In this document: positions 9,601-24,600 of the stretch, one piece after another | Position numbering within the stretch: the first letter of the stretch is position 1 | Layout: each line of letters begins with the position of its first letter | NCBI RefSeq assembly: GCF_004010195.1 | Contig: NC_057718.1 | Span: 15,605,416 to 15,669,415, forward strand | Source: Chiloscyllium plagiosum | Lineage: Eukaryota | Length of the DNA stretch: 64,000 nt | Direction of reading: 5' to 3' | Notes under the pieces: generated by a model | Told to the model about the DNA's origin: nothing | Seen by the model: the letters and a program-made list of their open reading frames with translations, nothing else | The model's database searches: none | Position numbers and translations under genes: made by a program

Positions 9601-12600
9601 ATAATTACACAGATTTTAAAAGAGCCCAGAAAAGTACAGAATTCTAAAGATGAGAACATACCAGCCCATCATTTACTGGATTGCACACTTAGCTTCATGA
9701 CCTGTTCATCACTGTTACATGCTATGCTACAGAGTTTCAGGGTATTTTTGTTAAGATCTTGCTCGACGTTTTAGACAGCATGCCGAGTCACCACAAACAG
9801 ACCAAGACTGCAACTTCTAAATGAGGTTCATTAGCAGTGTCTAAGTGTTATTTATTTATTTATTTATTTATCACACAAGGCCTTGAATGTACTAGCATTT
9901 TTCAAAACTTTTTAAAAATTATAAACACTCATGATCTGACCGAAGTCAAAGCCTGTCAAAAACTGCACAGAATATTCCCAGACATTTGTCTGGACAAAAC
10001 ATCTTCTGATGAACAGGGACATATAATGAACTAAGTCATCCTGCCTTAGAATCAAAGATTATTATGTATTACCATCCAGTTTATAACTCAAAGATCGAGA
10101 AAACAGCTAATCATCAAGATGCTATAATTTAGCAAAAATCATCTCCCTTTATATCTCCGTTTAATAAAGCCAAGTAATTACAAAATACATACCCCATTGG
10201 TCCACCGAATAGTTAGCTTCTCCTTCAAGAAAGAAATTTTGGTCTCTTTACCACGCAATGAAGGAGTTGAAGACCTACTCGGTGAAGGACATGGTGATGT
10301 CAAGGATGTGGGACGCAGGTTGGATCGTAAGATAGACTGAGGAGTAAAATTGGCAAAAGTAGTCTCTGAAGATGTAAATGCTCTTGCCCTCTAAACAGGA
10401 AAACAAAACAATATTTAAGTTGCAAGCATGCTCCAAGTTTAATGACTGCGCTTTTCCTGCTGAAAATAATGATACATCGGGTAACAGGAAGGATATTTAT
10501 CACGGCTATGCTGAGTACAATACACTAACACCAAGTTGAAAAAGATTTGACAAGAGCAGGTGATTCAAAACTTGATTCTTTTGTTTTCTACCCCACAGGT
10601 ATATTTCCAGGAAGGCATAATATTGACCACAGTATAGCTCTTTTGCTTAGGAATTACATTTTACAAAACCTTAAGTAAAATGCTCAATCCAAAAAATGTG
10701 CATTGAAATTAATTGCAAACCTTCATCACAGGTGGTGTCTGTAAAAGTTTCAGCTCCGATGCTTTAGAAATGCCTCCAAGGTGGCCAGTATTGATGGTGC
10801 ATGGTTGCAATGGATTGACTGTCAACCTAGAAGGACTAGCCTTATTTTGCTTACATGGAGTAGGCTCTGTTTTCAAGGGTGAATTGGTCTTCAGTTGCTG
10901 CACAGAATCCAATATCCTAGTCAAAGAAAAAGATTCTATGGGAACTGTACTCGAAAAAATCTTATTCTTTTGCAAGGATGCAATAGTGATGCAAGCTGAT
11001 TTATGATTGAAACAAATTTATTTTAGAGAGCTAATCACACTGTCCTACGTAATTTTTAGTAAGTTGTCTAGAAACAATACTTAACTGATCTCAGATTATC
11101 ATACATATTTAAATTTAACTTGTAAATGCTAAAATAAGATGTAAGTTTCATCAAGACACAATCCTAGAACTATACAAGTCCAAGAGTCAGAGTCATACAG
11201 CATGAAAACAGATTCTCCAGCCCAACTTGTCCATACCAACGAGGTTTCCTGAACAGAATTACTCTCATTTGCCTGTGTTTGGTCCGTATTCCTCTAAATC
11301 TTTCCTATCCAAGTAAATGTCCAAATGTCTTTTAAATGTTATAATTATACTTGCCTCTACCACTTCTTTGGCAGTTTGTGACATAAGTGCACCACCCTCT
11401 GTGAATAAGTTGCCCCAGAGAACCCTTTCAAGTCCTTTCCCTCTCACCTTAAACCTATGCCCTCTAGTTTTGGACTCCCAGACTCAGGGGAAAAGACATT
11501 GGCTATTCACCTTATCTCATGATTTTATAAACTTCCTGTAAGGTCACCCTTCAGCCTCCTGTGCTCTCGAGAAAAAAGTACCAGCCTATCCAGCCTCTCC
11601 TCATAAATCAAACCTTCTAATCTTGGTAACATCCTTGTAAATATTTATTGCATCCTTTCGAGTTTAAACATCCTTCCTATAGCAGGGCAACCATAATCGC
11701 ATGCAGTACTCCTGAACTTTGACCATTGGTTGTTTCATCAAAACAGAGTGGGGTTTCATGCCTTGTACAAGTCAAAACATCCTTTCCTCAGAGAAGCCAT
11801 AAACAAATTAATATTCCATGACCCATATACACTGTCCAAACGTGACTCAATAACCTGCACAGAAGAAATATATATCCTAGAGATAAACAATGCTGTTTAC
11901 AGTTAGGATACAACTAACATTCCAGACAATGGCATACAAAAAAAAGGAAATAATTAAATGAGTGAAAACCCCTTAAACTAAAACAGTTATAGGGAGGCAA
12001 TTTCCCCATACCATACTGAAATCAAACTGGACTTTGTAATGCAACTGCAGATGACAGAAGGCATACCAGCGTAAAAGACATTAGTTGGAAAACTATGATA
12101 TTAGGTTCTGAATCAAGTTTTACATTAAAGCTCACCCATCAAATGATCATAAACTATCACCATAACTAGTATTCGTGGAATCAAGTTGGTTGAGATTAAC
12201 TATATGGCACAAACTTAGATGCAAAACTCTCTCTGTTCTATACCAAACACAGCAGTAGTACAGCGAGTTTCAGCTGGGAAAAACATTCCTGTCATCTTAA
12301 ATCAGATGAGGATGCAAGGGATGCAAGAGGAAAGAAATAATGTTCAGTGCAGGACCTTTCTTAAAAAAAAGTGCCACCAGCAAGACTAGTATTTATATCC
12401 ATTTCTAGCTACCCCGAGATGAAGATGGCAAAAAGCCACCTTTCTTGGATGCTACAGTGTGCTGATGGAATTACTGAAGCAGCCAAGATGAAATCTGACC
12501 CTATGGGTTGTGAAAGCTACAGGTTTGAGACATGCTTTTGAAGAATGCCTTGGCGAGTGCTAGTGGATCGTGTAGATGCACAGCAGGGTGCTGTAGTCTA

Positions 12601-15600
12601 CCACCTAGAATACAGTTTGATCCTCCAGTCCAAATTATCTTCAAAATGGAGCAGTATTGTTTCATCAAGGAAGAGAGGTATGTGCAGATTTCCTCATTAG
12701 CATTTTACTTCATGTGGCGAGATTTCATAATGTCTGGGCTTAATGTTGAGAACTCCTAGGAACACTAGTTTCCATACTCAATACTTGTGGGTCTGCCCTA
12801 TAGGTAGGACAGGCATGGTGATAGAAGTGTCACCAGGTGGCCTTTTTTTGTGGGTGGAGGGGGGGGAAACACAATAGTAACATTGCTGAGGTAATAAACC
12901 AGAAACTCAGACTAATATTCTATAGACACTGGTTCAAAATCCACTGTGGTATCTGGTACAATTTAAATTCAATTAATTAAATTACTTTTTAAAAATGGCA
13001 TTGAAAGCTAGTCTTAGTAATACTGGCCATGAAAAAAAAATCAATCAATTGTGGTTAATTAAAAAGCCAATTGATTCACAAATGTGCTTTGCTTTAAGAA
13101 AGGAAATCGATCATCTTTCCGTGGCTGCCTCTTAGCTGCTTTCACAGGCAACTCGAAATGGAGAACAAACTTTGGCCTTGCAGGAAAACCCACAACCTAT
13201 GAAAGAATGAAACTAAACTATCAGCATGGAAAAATCATATTTGATATGACTGTTGAACAGCACTTCCAACACTGACTCAAATTCGTACATAATAGTGACA
13301 AAAGACTTTGCCTTGGGGACTAGGCTAGGTATGTCATTGTCCTGATGCAATCTGATGCCTAGGTCAAACCAGAGGACTCAAGTTTTATTTTGATCTTATT
13401 TCTTTGAAGCAGTTGGATATAACAATGTGGTTTGCTAGGCTATTTCAGAAGTAAAAAGTGAGTCAGACTATAGGCTTTAGACCAGTTAAGGTTAACAAGT
13501 TTCCTTTCATAGAAGAGATATTAGTGAAACATATCAGTTTGTACAATAATCCATGATCATGTTGATTTATTTTAAATTCATTTGCAGGATGAAGGCATAA
13601 CTGGCTAGGCCAGCATTTAATGGCTAGAGAGCAGTTCAGAATCAACCAAATTGCTGCGGGTCTGACGTCACATATAAGACAGGTAAGGATGGCAGATTTC
13701 TTCCCTAAAAGACATTAGTGAACCAGATGGTTTCTCCTGACAATCAACAATGCATTTGTCATCATTACACTCAATCCCAGATTTTTACTGAATTCAAATT
13801 CCATCCTCTGCCATGGCAGGATTCAAACCCAGGTTCCCAGAACATTTCCTGGGTCTCTGGATTAACAATCCAGCGATAATACCACTAGGCCATTGCCTTT
13901 CCTAAATGATGTCAGCATCACTGTTACCATTCTGAGAAGCTCTCAGCAACTTCTGGCACCCACACAGGCATCACCAAAAATGTAAATCCTGAAAACATTA
14001 TGAATGATTTGCCACACCTTCACAGAACATTAGAAATGTGGAGCTTATTCAAGGAAAAGCTACTGTGTGTCCTAGCTAAGTATGTACCTGGCAGGCAGGA
14101 AGGAAGCTATAGAGCACGGGAGCTGTGGTTTACAAAGGAAGTGGAATCTCTGGTCAAGAGGAAGGCGGCGGCTTATGTTAGGATGAGATGTGAAGGCTCA
14201 GTTAGGGCACTTGAGGGTTACAAGCTAGCCAGGAAAGACCTAAAGAGAGAGCTCAGAAGAGCCAGGAGGAGATATGAGAAGTTGTTGGCGGATAGGATCA
14301 GGGTAAACCCTAAGGCTTTCTATAGGTATTTAAAGAATGAAAGAATGACGAGAGTAAGATTAGGGCCAATCAAGGATAGTAGTGGGAAGGTGTGTGGAGT
14401 CAGAAGAGCTAGGGGAAGCACTAAATGAATATTTTTCGACAGTATTCACTCTAGAAAACGACAATGTTGTCAAGGAGATTACTGAGATACAGGCTACTAG
14501 ACTAGGCGTGATTGAGGTTCACAAGGAGGAGGTATTAGAAATCCTGCAGAGTGTGAAAATAGATAAGTCCCCTGGGCCGGATGAGATTTATCCTAGGATC
14601 CTCAGGGAAGCCAGGGAGATTATTGCCGAGCCTTTGGCATTGACCTTTAAATCGTCATTGTCTACAGGAATAGTGCCAGAGACTGGAGGATAGAAAATGT
14701 GGTTCCCCTGTTCAAGAAGAGGAGTACAGACAAGCCTGGTAATTATAGACCAGTGAGCCTTACTTCAGTTGTTAGTAAAGTGTTGGAAAAGATTATAAGA
14801 GATAGGATTTATGATCATCTAGAAAAGAATGATTTGATTAGGGTTAGTCAGCACAGTTTTGTGAAGGGTAGGTTGTGCCTCACAAACCTTGAGTTCCTTG
14901 AGAAGGTGACCAAACAGGTAGATGAGAGTAAACTAGTTGATGTGGTGTATATGGATTTCAGCAAGGCGTTTGATAAGGTTCCCCACAGTAGGCTATTGTA
15001 CAAAATGCAGAGGAATGGGATTGTGGGAGATGTAGCAGTTTGGATCAGTAATTGGTTTGCTGAAAGAAGACAGAGTGGTGGCTGATGGGAAATGTTCATC
15101 CTGGAGTCCAGTTACCAGTGGTGTACCGCAAGGGTCGGTGTTGGGTCCACTGCTGTTAGTCATTTTTATAAACGACCTGGATGAGGGCATAGAAGGTTGG
15201 GTCAGTAAATTTGCAGATGACACTAAGTTCAGTGGAGTTGTGGATAGTGACAATGGATGTTGTAGGTTCCAGAGAGACATTGATAAGCTGCAGAGATAAC
15301 CTGGGATGAGAGGTGGCAAATGGAGTTGAATGCGGACAAGTGAGAGGTGATTCACTTTGGTCGGAGTAACCGGAATGCAAAGTATTGGACTAATGGTAAG
15401 ATTCTTGGTAGTGTAGATGAGCAGAGAGATCTCGCTGTCAAGGTACACAGATCCTTGAAAGTTGCCACCCAGGTTGACAGGGTTGTTAAGAAGGTATACA
15501 GTGTTTTAGCTTTTATTAATAGAGGGATCGAGTTCCGGAAACTTGAGGTTATGCTACAGCTGTACAAAACTCTGGTGCGGCTGCACTTGAGTATTGTGTA

Positions 15601-18600
15601 CAGTTCTGGTCACCGCATTATAAGGAGGATGTGGAAGCTTTGGAAAGGGTGCAGAGGAGATTTACTAGGATGTTGCCTAGTATGGAGGGGAGGTCTTCTG
15701 AGGAAAGGCTGAGAGACTGGAGGCTGTTTTCGTTGGAGAGAAGAAGGTTGAGAGGTGACTTAATAGAGACATACAAGATAATCAGAGGGTTAGATAGGGT
15801 GGACAGGGAGAGCCTTTTTCCAAGTATGGTGACGGCGAGCACGAGGGGCCATAGCTTTAAATTGAGGGCTGATAGATACAGGACAGATGTCAGAGGTAGT
15901 TTCTTTACTCAGAGTAGTAAGGGTATGGAATGCTTTGCCTGCAACGGTAGTAGATTCGCCAACTTTAAGTACACTTAAGTCGTCATTGGACAAGCATATG
16001 GACGTACATGGAATAGTGTAGGTTAGATGGGCTTCAGATTGATATGACAAGCCGGCGCAACATCGAGGGCCGAAGGGCCTGTACTGCGCTGTAAAGTTCT
16101 ATGTTCAATTCAGAATCACAAATTGATGTGAATTCCCACTTCTTAGACTATTACTTTCAGCCTGAAAACCCTTGAAGAGGTATTTTAAATGAGATATAGT
16201 TAGACTTTTGACATAATGCATATCATGTTAGTGCTGAACAATCTGTTTCTGCGAAACAGACTCTTTTATTTGAAGGAATATAATAGGAGTAGGTCATTTT
16301 GCTGCTTGAGCCTATTTGCCATTAAACAAGACCATGTCTGATCAGAGGCCTTACAGATTTTGTTACACACCTTTATTACCTTTATATAACAAAATTTCAC
16401 CAATATGAGGTTAAAGGTTCCTACCAACAATTTGTTATAGTATTCACATTTTTTTCTTCCATCAGTGTCCTTAAATAAAAGATATACACAGTTTTCCAAA
16501 ACAAAACAGTTTCAGAGTTAGAGAAAACCTTGGAATATTATAGTTTGTGTATTTGCAATTTTTCACTTAATCCCTTCAAAAACCTGGGAGGAAATCTATC
16601 TGGTTCCTGGGAGTTTGTCATTCTTTACTATCATCATGCTTTTCAGTAGTTATTTTTATTTTGCCTGTTTCAAGCTTTGCTTTCTTCCATATTCATCATA
16701 TTCATCTCTTGCCTTCCTACTTATACTGACATTTAGCACGTATGCCTTTTCCAATTCTCAAGAGTAACAAAAAGATGGGATACTGGGCTAATGGTCGGAT
16801 ACCTGGTAGTGTGGATGAGCAGAGGGATCTTGGTGTCCATGTACACAGATCTCTGCACCTGGAACGGGTGCAGAGGAGGTTTACCAGGATGTTGTCTGGT
16901 ATGGTAGAAAGATCGTATGAGGAAGGGCTGAGACAATTGGGATGGTTTTCATTGGAGAAAAGAAGGTTTAGGGGTGACTTGATAGAGGTGTACAAGATGA
17001 TTAGGGGTTTAGATAGGGTTGACCGTGAGAACCTTTTTCCACGTATGGAGTCAGTTATTACGAGGGGGCATAGCTTTAAATTAAGGGGTGGTAGATATAG
17101 GACAGATGTTAGGGGTAGGTTCTTTACTCAGCGAGTCGTGAGTTCATGGAATGCCCTGCCAGTAGCAGTGGTGGACTCTCCCCCTTTATGGGCATTTAAG
17201 CGGGCATTGGATAGGCATATGGAGGATAGTGGGCTAGTGTAGGTTAGGTGGGCTTGGATCGGCGCAACATCGAGGGCCAAAGGGCCTGTACTGCGCTGTA
17301 TTCTTCTATGTTCTATGTTCATTGTCAAAGCAACATTATTAATTTTCAAGAGCCCCACATATTATGAATACTCTTTTTTCCTAATTGTAAAGATGTTTGG
17401 TATTGATTTCCACATTCCTTGTAAGTTTCTTTCTGTATTCTCTTTTCATGTTTTGTAACTCTTACCAATTCTATTCATCTTTCCCATTTGCCCTGCATGC
17501 GTTTCCTTTTGCTTTTTTATTGGGTTTACTTCATCTCTTACTTCTCCACTTATCCTTTGTTGCCTTTTTTGGCAAACAGAACTCTTGCTCCTTAATCTAG
17601 TCCTACATCACATTAAATTCTAATTTGAACACTGAACACAAACCTTCTGTCTTTCCATACATTTATAGTTTTGCCCAGTTTATTACAGAAAATTCTGTCC
17701 CATAGCACAGCAATCAGTCTTATTTAAAATTAAGCATCACATTAAATTCTAATTTGAACACTGAACACAAACCTTCTCTGTCTTTCCATACATTTATAGT
17801 TTTGCCCAGTTTATTACAGAAAATTCTGTCCCATAGCACAGCAATCAGTCTTATTTAAAATTAAGCTGATTTACATTTTTCCCTTTCAAACATTGCACTA
17901 AAGCCTATTGTTCAAATGGAATTGGGCTTTAATCATGTCTAGTTCAGCAATGGCTTTTAGATACAATGTGGGACATTCACTTATTGGTTTGTGGACAAAC
18001 ATTCTGCAGAAAGATTTTCTGGAGACACTCAAAGAAAACTCATTAACCATTCTTACATGTTGGTCTGCCTGTTTCAATCTACATAAAACTTAAAACAAAA
18101 CATTAAAATCACTCCATCTTTGCTATATGCTTGTCTACTAATTTCTGCACTTAAACCATCTAAAATATCTCAGATTTTTTTTCACATCTCCCACTATGGT
18201 CTTAAGACCTTTTCTATTTCTTAATTCTATTCATAAAGTCTCTACTGCCTGTTTGCTTCTTACACCATTTAAGTGATTGCATCTTTAATCACCAAGGCTG
18301 GTTCTCCCCTTCTGCCAATTTCCCTATGTTTTATATCTTGATAAAGTTTTTTTTTAAGATTACTTACAGTGTGGAAGCAGGCTCTTCGGTCCAACAAGTC
18401 CATACTGACCCTCCGAACAGCAACCAACCAAGACCCATTCCCCGACATTTACCCCTTCACCTAACACTATGGGCAATTTAGCATGGCCAATTCACATTTT
18501 TGTGAATGCACATCTTTGTGATTGTGGGAGGAAACCAGAGCACCCAGAGGAAACCCACGCAGACACTAGGAGAATGTGCAAACTCCACACAGACAGTTGC

Positions 18601-21600
18601 CTGAGGCGGGAATTGAACCCGGGTCACTGGCGCAATTTCCAATCTTGAATATCTAACAGCCATGACTACTATAGCATACTCTCCAAGCTACAGTTGAATC
18701 TTCAGTTCATTCCATTTGTTTCTTATATTTTGTAGATTTGTATAAAGCACAAATCACACCCAATCTGTCTTACTGACTTAATTTTTGGACTAATATTTCA
18801 TTCTTGGAGTAATTTCTTTACATCTTTTAGCTCTCTTTGCCTAAAGCACAATCTGACTATTACACTATTCTGCCCCAATAAACAATTATCTCGATGAACC
18901 TTTTCACCCAAGGCCTACAATCACGTCCTAGCTTAAGTCCTTTTGACTGCTCCATTTATCCTCTCCACTACAGCTGTAGCCGCAGCCTAGTTCATGTCCC
19001 ATACTAACTGTAGTTTTATTTTTTTACTGACCCAATATGGCACCAGTGTCCCATGAATCAGAATCCGTTCTCCCCACACAAGCATACAGCAAGGATGGAG
19101 TGACTTTGAATGTGTCATTTTAAGTTTTATGTAGATTGAAACAAGCAGATCAGCAAGTGTAAGAATGGTAATGAGTGTTTCGAGTGTTCCCAGAAAAGCT
19201 TTCTGTAGCATTTTTGTCCACAAGCCAACAAGTGTCCCACATTGTATCTAGAAGCCAATGATAAACCAGACATGAATAAAGTCTATCACAAGTTCTCCTC
19301 CTTTAAACTTATTTCAGTGATTATCACCACACTAATTTGTGGAAGTCAAATTTCTCCATTCTGTGACATTAATTTATGACGGTTTATGATGCTTTGACTA
19401 ATGCTTCAGTTCTAGGTCTATGTCCCAATTTTGATTTCACTTCCTGTAACATAAGTAAATGACAAATTGTCCTCATTACTTCCTGGTTAGCAGTTTGTGT
19501 TAACCTTTCAATGGGATTGGATACTTGGCCTACTTGGTAACATCACTCTCCTATCATTGGTGCCAGCATGAAATTAATGCTAAGAGTTGGGAAATCTGCA
19601 CCACTCAGCACGTATATCTTCATGGGCATTGAGCTGTGCTCAAGGTAAGTGACTAACAGAGTCACTTTGTACAGTCCACCAGATCCACGTCAATAACTAC
19701 AGGAGGTCTGCACATGGCTCAAAACTCACTGTTAATATGAATCCTCCTGAGAAATTTCAAATATGGGAAAGAATACACAATAATAAAGAAACAGTGCAAA
19801 TAAACTTATTAAATAAAGCTACCTGGAAAGTCTTCTGGATTGCATGTTGATTGGCGTCCCAACAAATGCATTAGACACTTCAGCAGATTTGAGGGTTGGA
19901 CTAACTGAACTCAGTTCGTTATTCCTCGGACTGAAGTTTTAAGAATAATAAGTCTTAGTAAAACAATCAAAGTGGCATGTTTTCCCTTTACTTACAAAAA
20001 TTATTTTCATCTTTATGCATGTACAGGTTAAAACAAAGAATATACTCCTAGAAAAGTTACCAAGCAGAAATTAGACAACATAAGTTCAGAATAGAAACAA
20101 AAAAAAGTAACATTTACAATGCACATGTTTTCAGTTCACAAAACAGGTAACTTAAAATCCTGCTTAAGTTTACAAGATCCCCACCCACTGCTTAAGAGGT
20201 GACATTTGAGCTTATTTGCTTACAAAGTAGACTTTCAGAAAATAAATACTACATTTTAAAACATTAATTAGCACAATGCAGCTTTTCTTCACCCACTTTT
20301 CAATGGTAGCTTCCAAATCACAAAAGAAACCCAGAGCAATTTTTAAGGATGACTCACTTTCTGTGTACTACTGTGATTCATATCCTTTCCTGTGGCAATG
20401 AATATTTGAATTATGCCAAATCTTCAAAGGGTAAAGGTGGATAAATCTCCAGGACCTGATCAGGTATACCTTAAAACTCCGTGGGAGGATACAGAAGTGA
20501 TTGCTGGGCCTCTTGCTGAGATATTAGTATCATCGATGGTTACAGGTGAGGTGCTGAAAGACTGGAGGTTGGCCAACGTGGTGCCACTGTTTAAGGGTGG
20601 TAAGGACAAGCCAGGGAACTATCGACCAGTGAGCCTGACGTCGGTGGTGGGCAAGTTGTTGGAGGGAATCCAGAGGACAGGATGTACATTTATTTGGAAA
20701 GGCAAGGACTGATTAAGGATAGTCAACATGGCTTTGAGCGTGGGAAATCATGTCTCACAAACTTGATTGAGTTTTTTGAGGAAGTAACAAAGAGAATTGA
20801 TGAGGGCAGAGCGGTAGATGTGATCCATATGGACTTCAGTAAGACGTTCGACAAGGTTCCCCATGGGAGACTAATTAGCAAGGTTAGATCTCATGAAATA
20901 CAGGGAGAACTAGCCATTTGGATACACAACGGGCTCAAAGGTAGAAGACAGAGGGTGGTGGTGGTAGTAGAGGGGTTTTTTTCAGACTGGAGGCCTGTGA
21001 CCAGTGGAGTGCCACAAGGATCGGTGCTGGGTGCTCTACTTTTTGTCATTTACATAAGTGATTTGGATGCGAACATAAGAGGTACAGTTAGTAAGTTTGA
21101 AGATGACACCAAAATTGGAGGTGTAGTGGACAGTGAAGAGGGTTACCTCAGATTACAACAGGATTTTGACCAGATGGGCCAATGGGCTGAAAAGTGGCAG
21201 ATGGAGTTTAATGCAGATAAATGTGAGGTGCTGCATTTTGGGAAAGCAAATATTAGCAGGACTCATACACTTAATGGTAAGATCCTACGGACTGTTGCTG
21301 AACAAAGAGACCTTGTAGTGCAAGTTCATAGCTCCTTGAAAGTGGAGTTGCAGGGAGATAGGATAGTGAAGGCGGCGTTCGGTATACTTTCTTTTGTTGG
21401 TCAGAGTATTGAGTACAGCAGTTGGGAGGTTATGTTGCGGATGTAAAGGACATTGGTTAGGCCACTGTTGGAATATTGCGTGCAATTCTGGTCTCTTTTC
21501 TATCATAAAGATGTTGTGAAACTTGAAAGGGTTCAGAAAAGATTTACAAGGATGTTGTCAGGGTTGGAGGATTTGAGCTATAGAGAGAGAGAGAGGCTGA

Positions 21601-24600
21601 ACAGGCTGGGGCTGTTTTCCCTGGAGCATCGGAGGCGGAGGGGTGACCTTCTAGAGGTTTACAAAATTGTGAAGGGCATGGATAGGAAAAATAGACACAA
21701 AGTTTTTTTCTTGGGGTCGGGGAGTCCAGAAGTAGAGGGCATAGGTTTAGGGTGAGAGGGGAAAGATATGAGAGACCTACGGGGCAACATTTTCACGCAG
21801 AGGGTGGTACATGTATGGAATGATCTGCCAGAGGAAGTGGTGGAGGCTGGTACAATTGCAACATTTAAGAGGCATTTGGATGGGTATATGGGTAGGAAGG
21901 GTTTGGAGGGATATGGGTCGGGTGCTGGCAGGTGGGACTAGATTGGGTTGGGATATCTGGTTGGCATGGACAGGTTGGACTGAAGGGTCTGTTTCCATGC
22001 TGTACATCTCTTTGACTCTATGACAGTTCATTACTGTTAATTGCAAACATTATCACAGCTATCTCCTCTTTTGCTGTCTTTAATTGTTCTATTCTTGACT
22101 CTTATCAGTTGATAGGGTTCGTTCAGCTAATCCGAAATGCAAATCCCATACCATTTCCACTGCTGAAGCTAAAATGCTTGATTGGCCCTTTTTCTACCAA
22201 AGTTAGTTTTCCCATAAACTTTTAATTGTTTTTTAAACACCAAATCTGATTAAAAGCTTCAATTTGTTACATTTTGGAAAACAAAAGATCGCTCCTTACT
22301 CGAAGATTGATGGGCAACCAGTATCTTACCTTAAAAACTGGAAAATTTTTTCACCCCTTTCCCATGTCAGAAATTCTCACTCATCAATACTACACCAGTT
22401 ATTCACTGCATTCCAGATAAAATACATACGAATTCTACAAGAATTACCCATCGTTGCACCACTTAGTGTTTGAGTTAAATCTTTTATTGGCCCAAAACTG
22501 CAGGTATCTTAACTTACCCAGTCCTACCTTTACCAACAAAATTTGTCATTTATTTGCCATTGTATATTTTACATTTCCTACTCAACTGTACAGAAGAGAA
22601 CCATCCTTAGCTATTTTCTATACACAGACAGGACTGACAACACAGCATCAGAATTTGTTACCTGTTGCAAGGAGATGGAGCAGTTCGTTGTTCACTTTTT
22701 AGCCACACTTCATTAACCTTTGAAAGCACTGTACTAATAAACGTTGCACGAGTAATCACACTTCCTGCAGTTGTTCGCCTTGCCACAGTGGATAATGGTT
22801 TGGGTCGTGTAACTGTTTTCAAAAGATCCACAAGATTTAGCAGAGTCAATACTTTACAGTTAAAACAAATATGTAGCAGCCATTGAGAAAGCAAAAAATG
22901 GAAAGATAGACCAAATAGTAGAATTTGAAAGAAGCCACCCTCAAACAATGCTTTGGTTAGATGTCACAAACATCAGGGGAGAAAATGACATAAGGACATG
23001 GATTTGAATGGCTGACTGAATTGGAATTCAATTAATCCACAAGTTCAATTAATGAATTTTTAAAAATCTGGAACCAAAAGTTAGTATGAGTAATGGTGTC
23101 ACAAAATCCATAAAAAGATCAGATTGTCATGAGAATGTACATAGTTCTCGAAAACCCTTTTGAGAAAGGAATGTGCTATTCTGTGGTTGACTCTGAAGTA
23201 CTCTCTGAAATTGCTTATCAGGCCACACAAATGAACAGCAATTAGGGATGGGTAGCAAATGCTGGCATTCTCAGAGGTGCCCACATCACATGAAAGAACA
23301 AGAAAATACCCGCATCCAAAGGTGTCAATTCAATATGTCAGACAATGGAGATGCAAATGTTCAGTTATGACATTTATAAGATTTTGTTATGTTTTGGTTT
23401 GAAGGCTTTAAGTTACAGTAAAATGAAAGCGATTGCATGTCCTGTTCTGGCATCTGACAGCCAAGCCTCTAATTGCTAAAGATTACAGGAAGGACCGTAC
23501 TGCTTTACTAGGTAGAAGGTGTAAGGCATTCACACTTGTAGACAACAGTAAAGGCAGCTGTAATGCTGGTAAACAGACAGAATTTCCTTGATTAGATGAG
23601 CCAATAGGCTGAGGAGTGGCAAATGGGAGTTTAATTTAGATAAATGTTAGGCATTACATTTTGGTATGGCAAACCAGAGCAGGACTTATACAGTTAATGG
23701 TAAGGCCCTGGGAAATGTTGCTGAACAAAAACTCCTGGGGATGCAGGTACATAGTTCCATGCAAGTGGAGTTGCAAGTAGACAGGTGAAAGTGGCATTTG
23801 GCATGCTTGCCTTCATTGGTCAGAACATTAAGTATAGGAGTTGGGACATCATGTTGCAGCTGTGCAGGATTTGGTGAGGCCATTTTTAAATTATTGCATT
23901 CGATTCTGGTCTCCCTGCTATAGTAAAGAGGTTGTTAAACTTGAAACAGTTCAGAAAAGATTTGCAAGAATGCTGCTGAGACTGAAGAATCTGAGCTACA
24001 GGGTGAGGCTGAATGGCCTGGGGCCTTTTTCCCTCTGAGTGTCAGAGGCTGAAGGGTGACTTAATAAAGATTTATAAAAATCATGAGGAGCATGGATAGG
24101 GTGAATAGTCACTGTCTTTTTCCTAGGGTCAGGGAATCCGAAACTAGAGGACATAGATTTAAGGTGAGAGGGGAAAGATTTAAAAAGGGACTCGAGGGGT
24201 AACTTTTTCATGCTGAGGGTGGTGCATTATTAACACTGCTTGAATAACAAGTTCCAAAATGTCCTGATTTCACAGACTTTCTGGATGCTTGAATAAAGAT
24301 GCATTTCTTCGGTGGTAATGGCCTAGTGATAACAAAGTCTTTAGACTGCTTTAAACAACATGGGTTTCAAAACGTCAAAATTTCAAAAGTATGATCACAC
24401 CTTCACGTAAAATTGCTAAATTATGGTAAGGTTTTGCACGTTCATTTGCTAGCCTTCTCTGAACCCTTGGAAGAACTTTGCCATACTGTTCCAGAATGGA
24501 ATTCCTTGCAGCTGTTCTTTCTCGAATTTGAGGATCACGATCATTCTGAAAGACCTCATGTTGCAGCTGTGCAGGATTTGGTGAGGCCATTTTTACATTA

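Noticed and set aside
14000..22046. RT-like ORFs (e.g. 14699-15085, 20682-21446) as host genes or an active retrotransposon
   Set aside because: Frameshifted, stop-interrupted, 5'-truncated CR1 copies; no intact ORF2.
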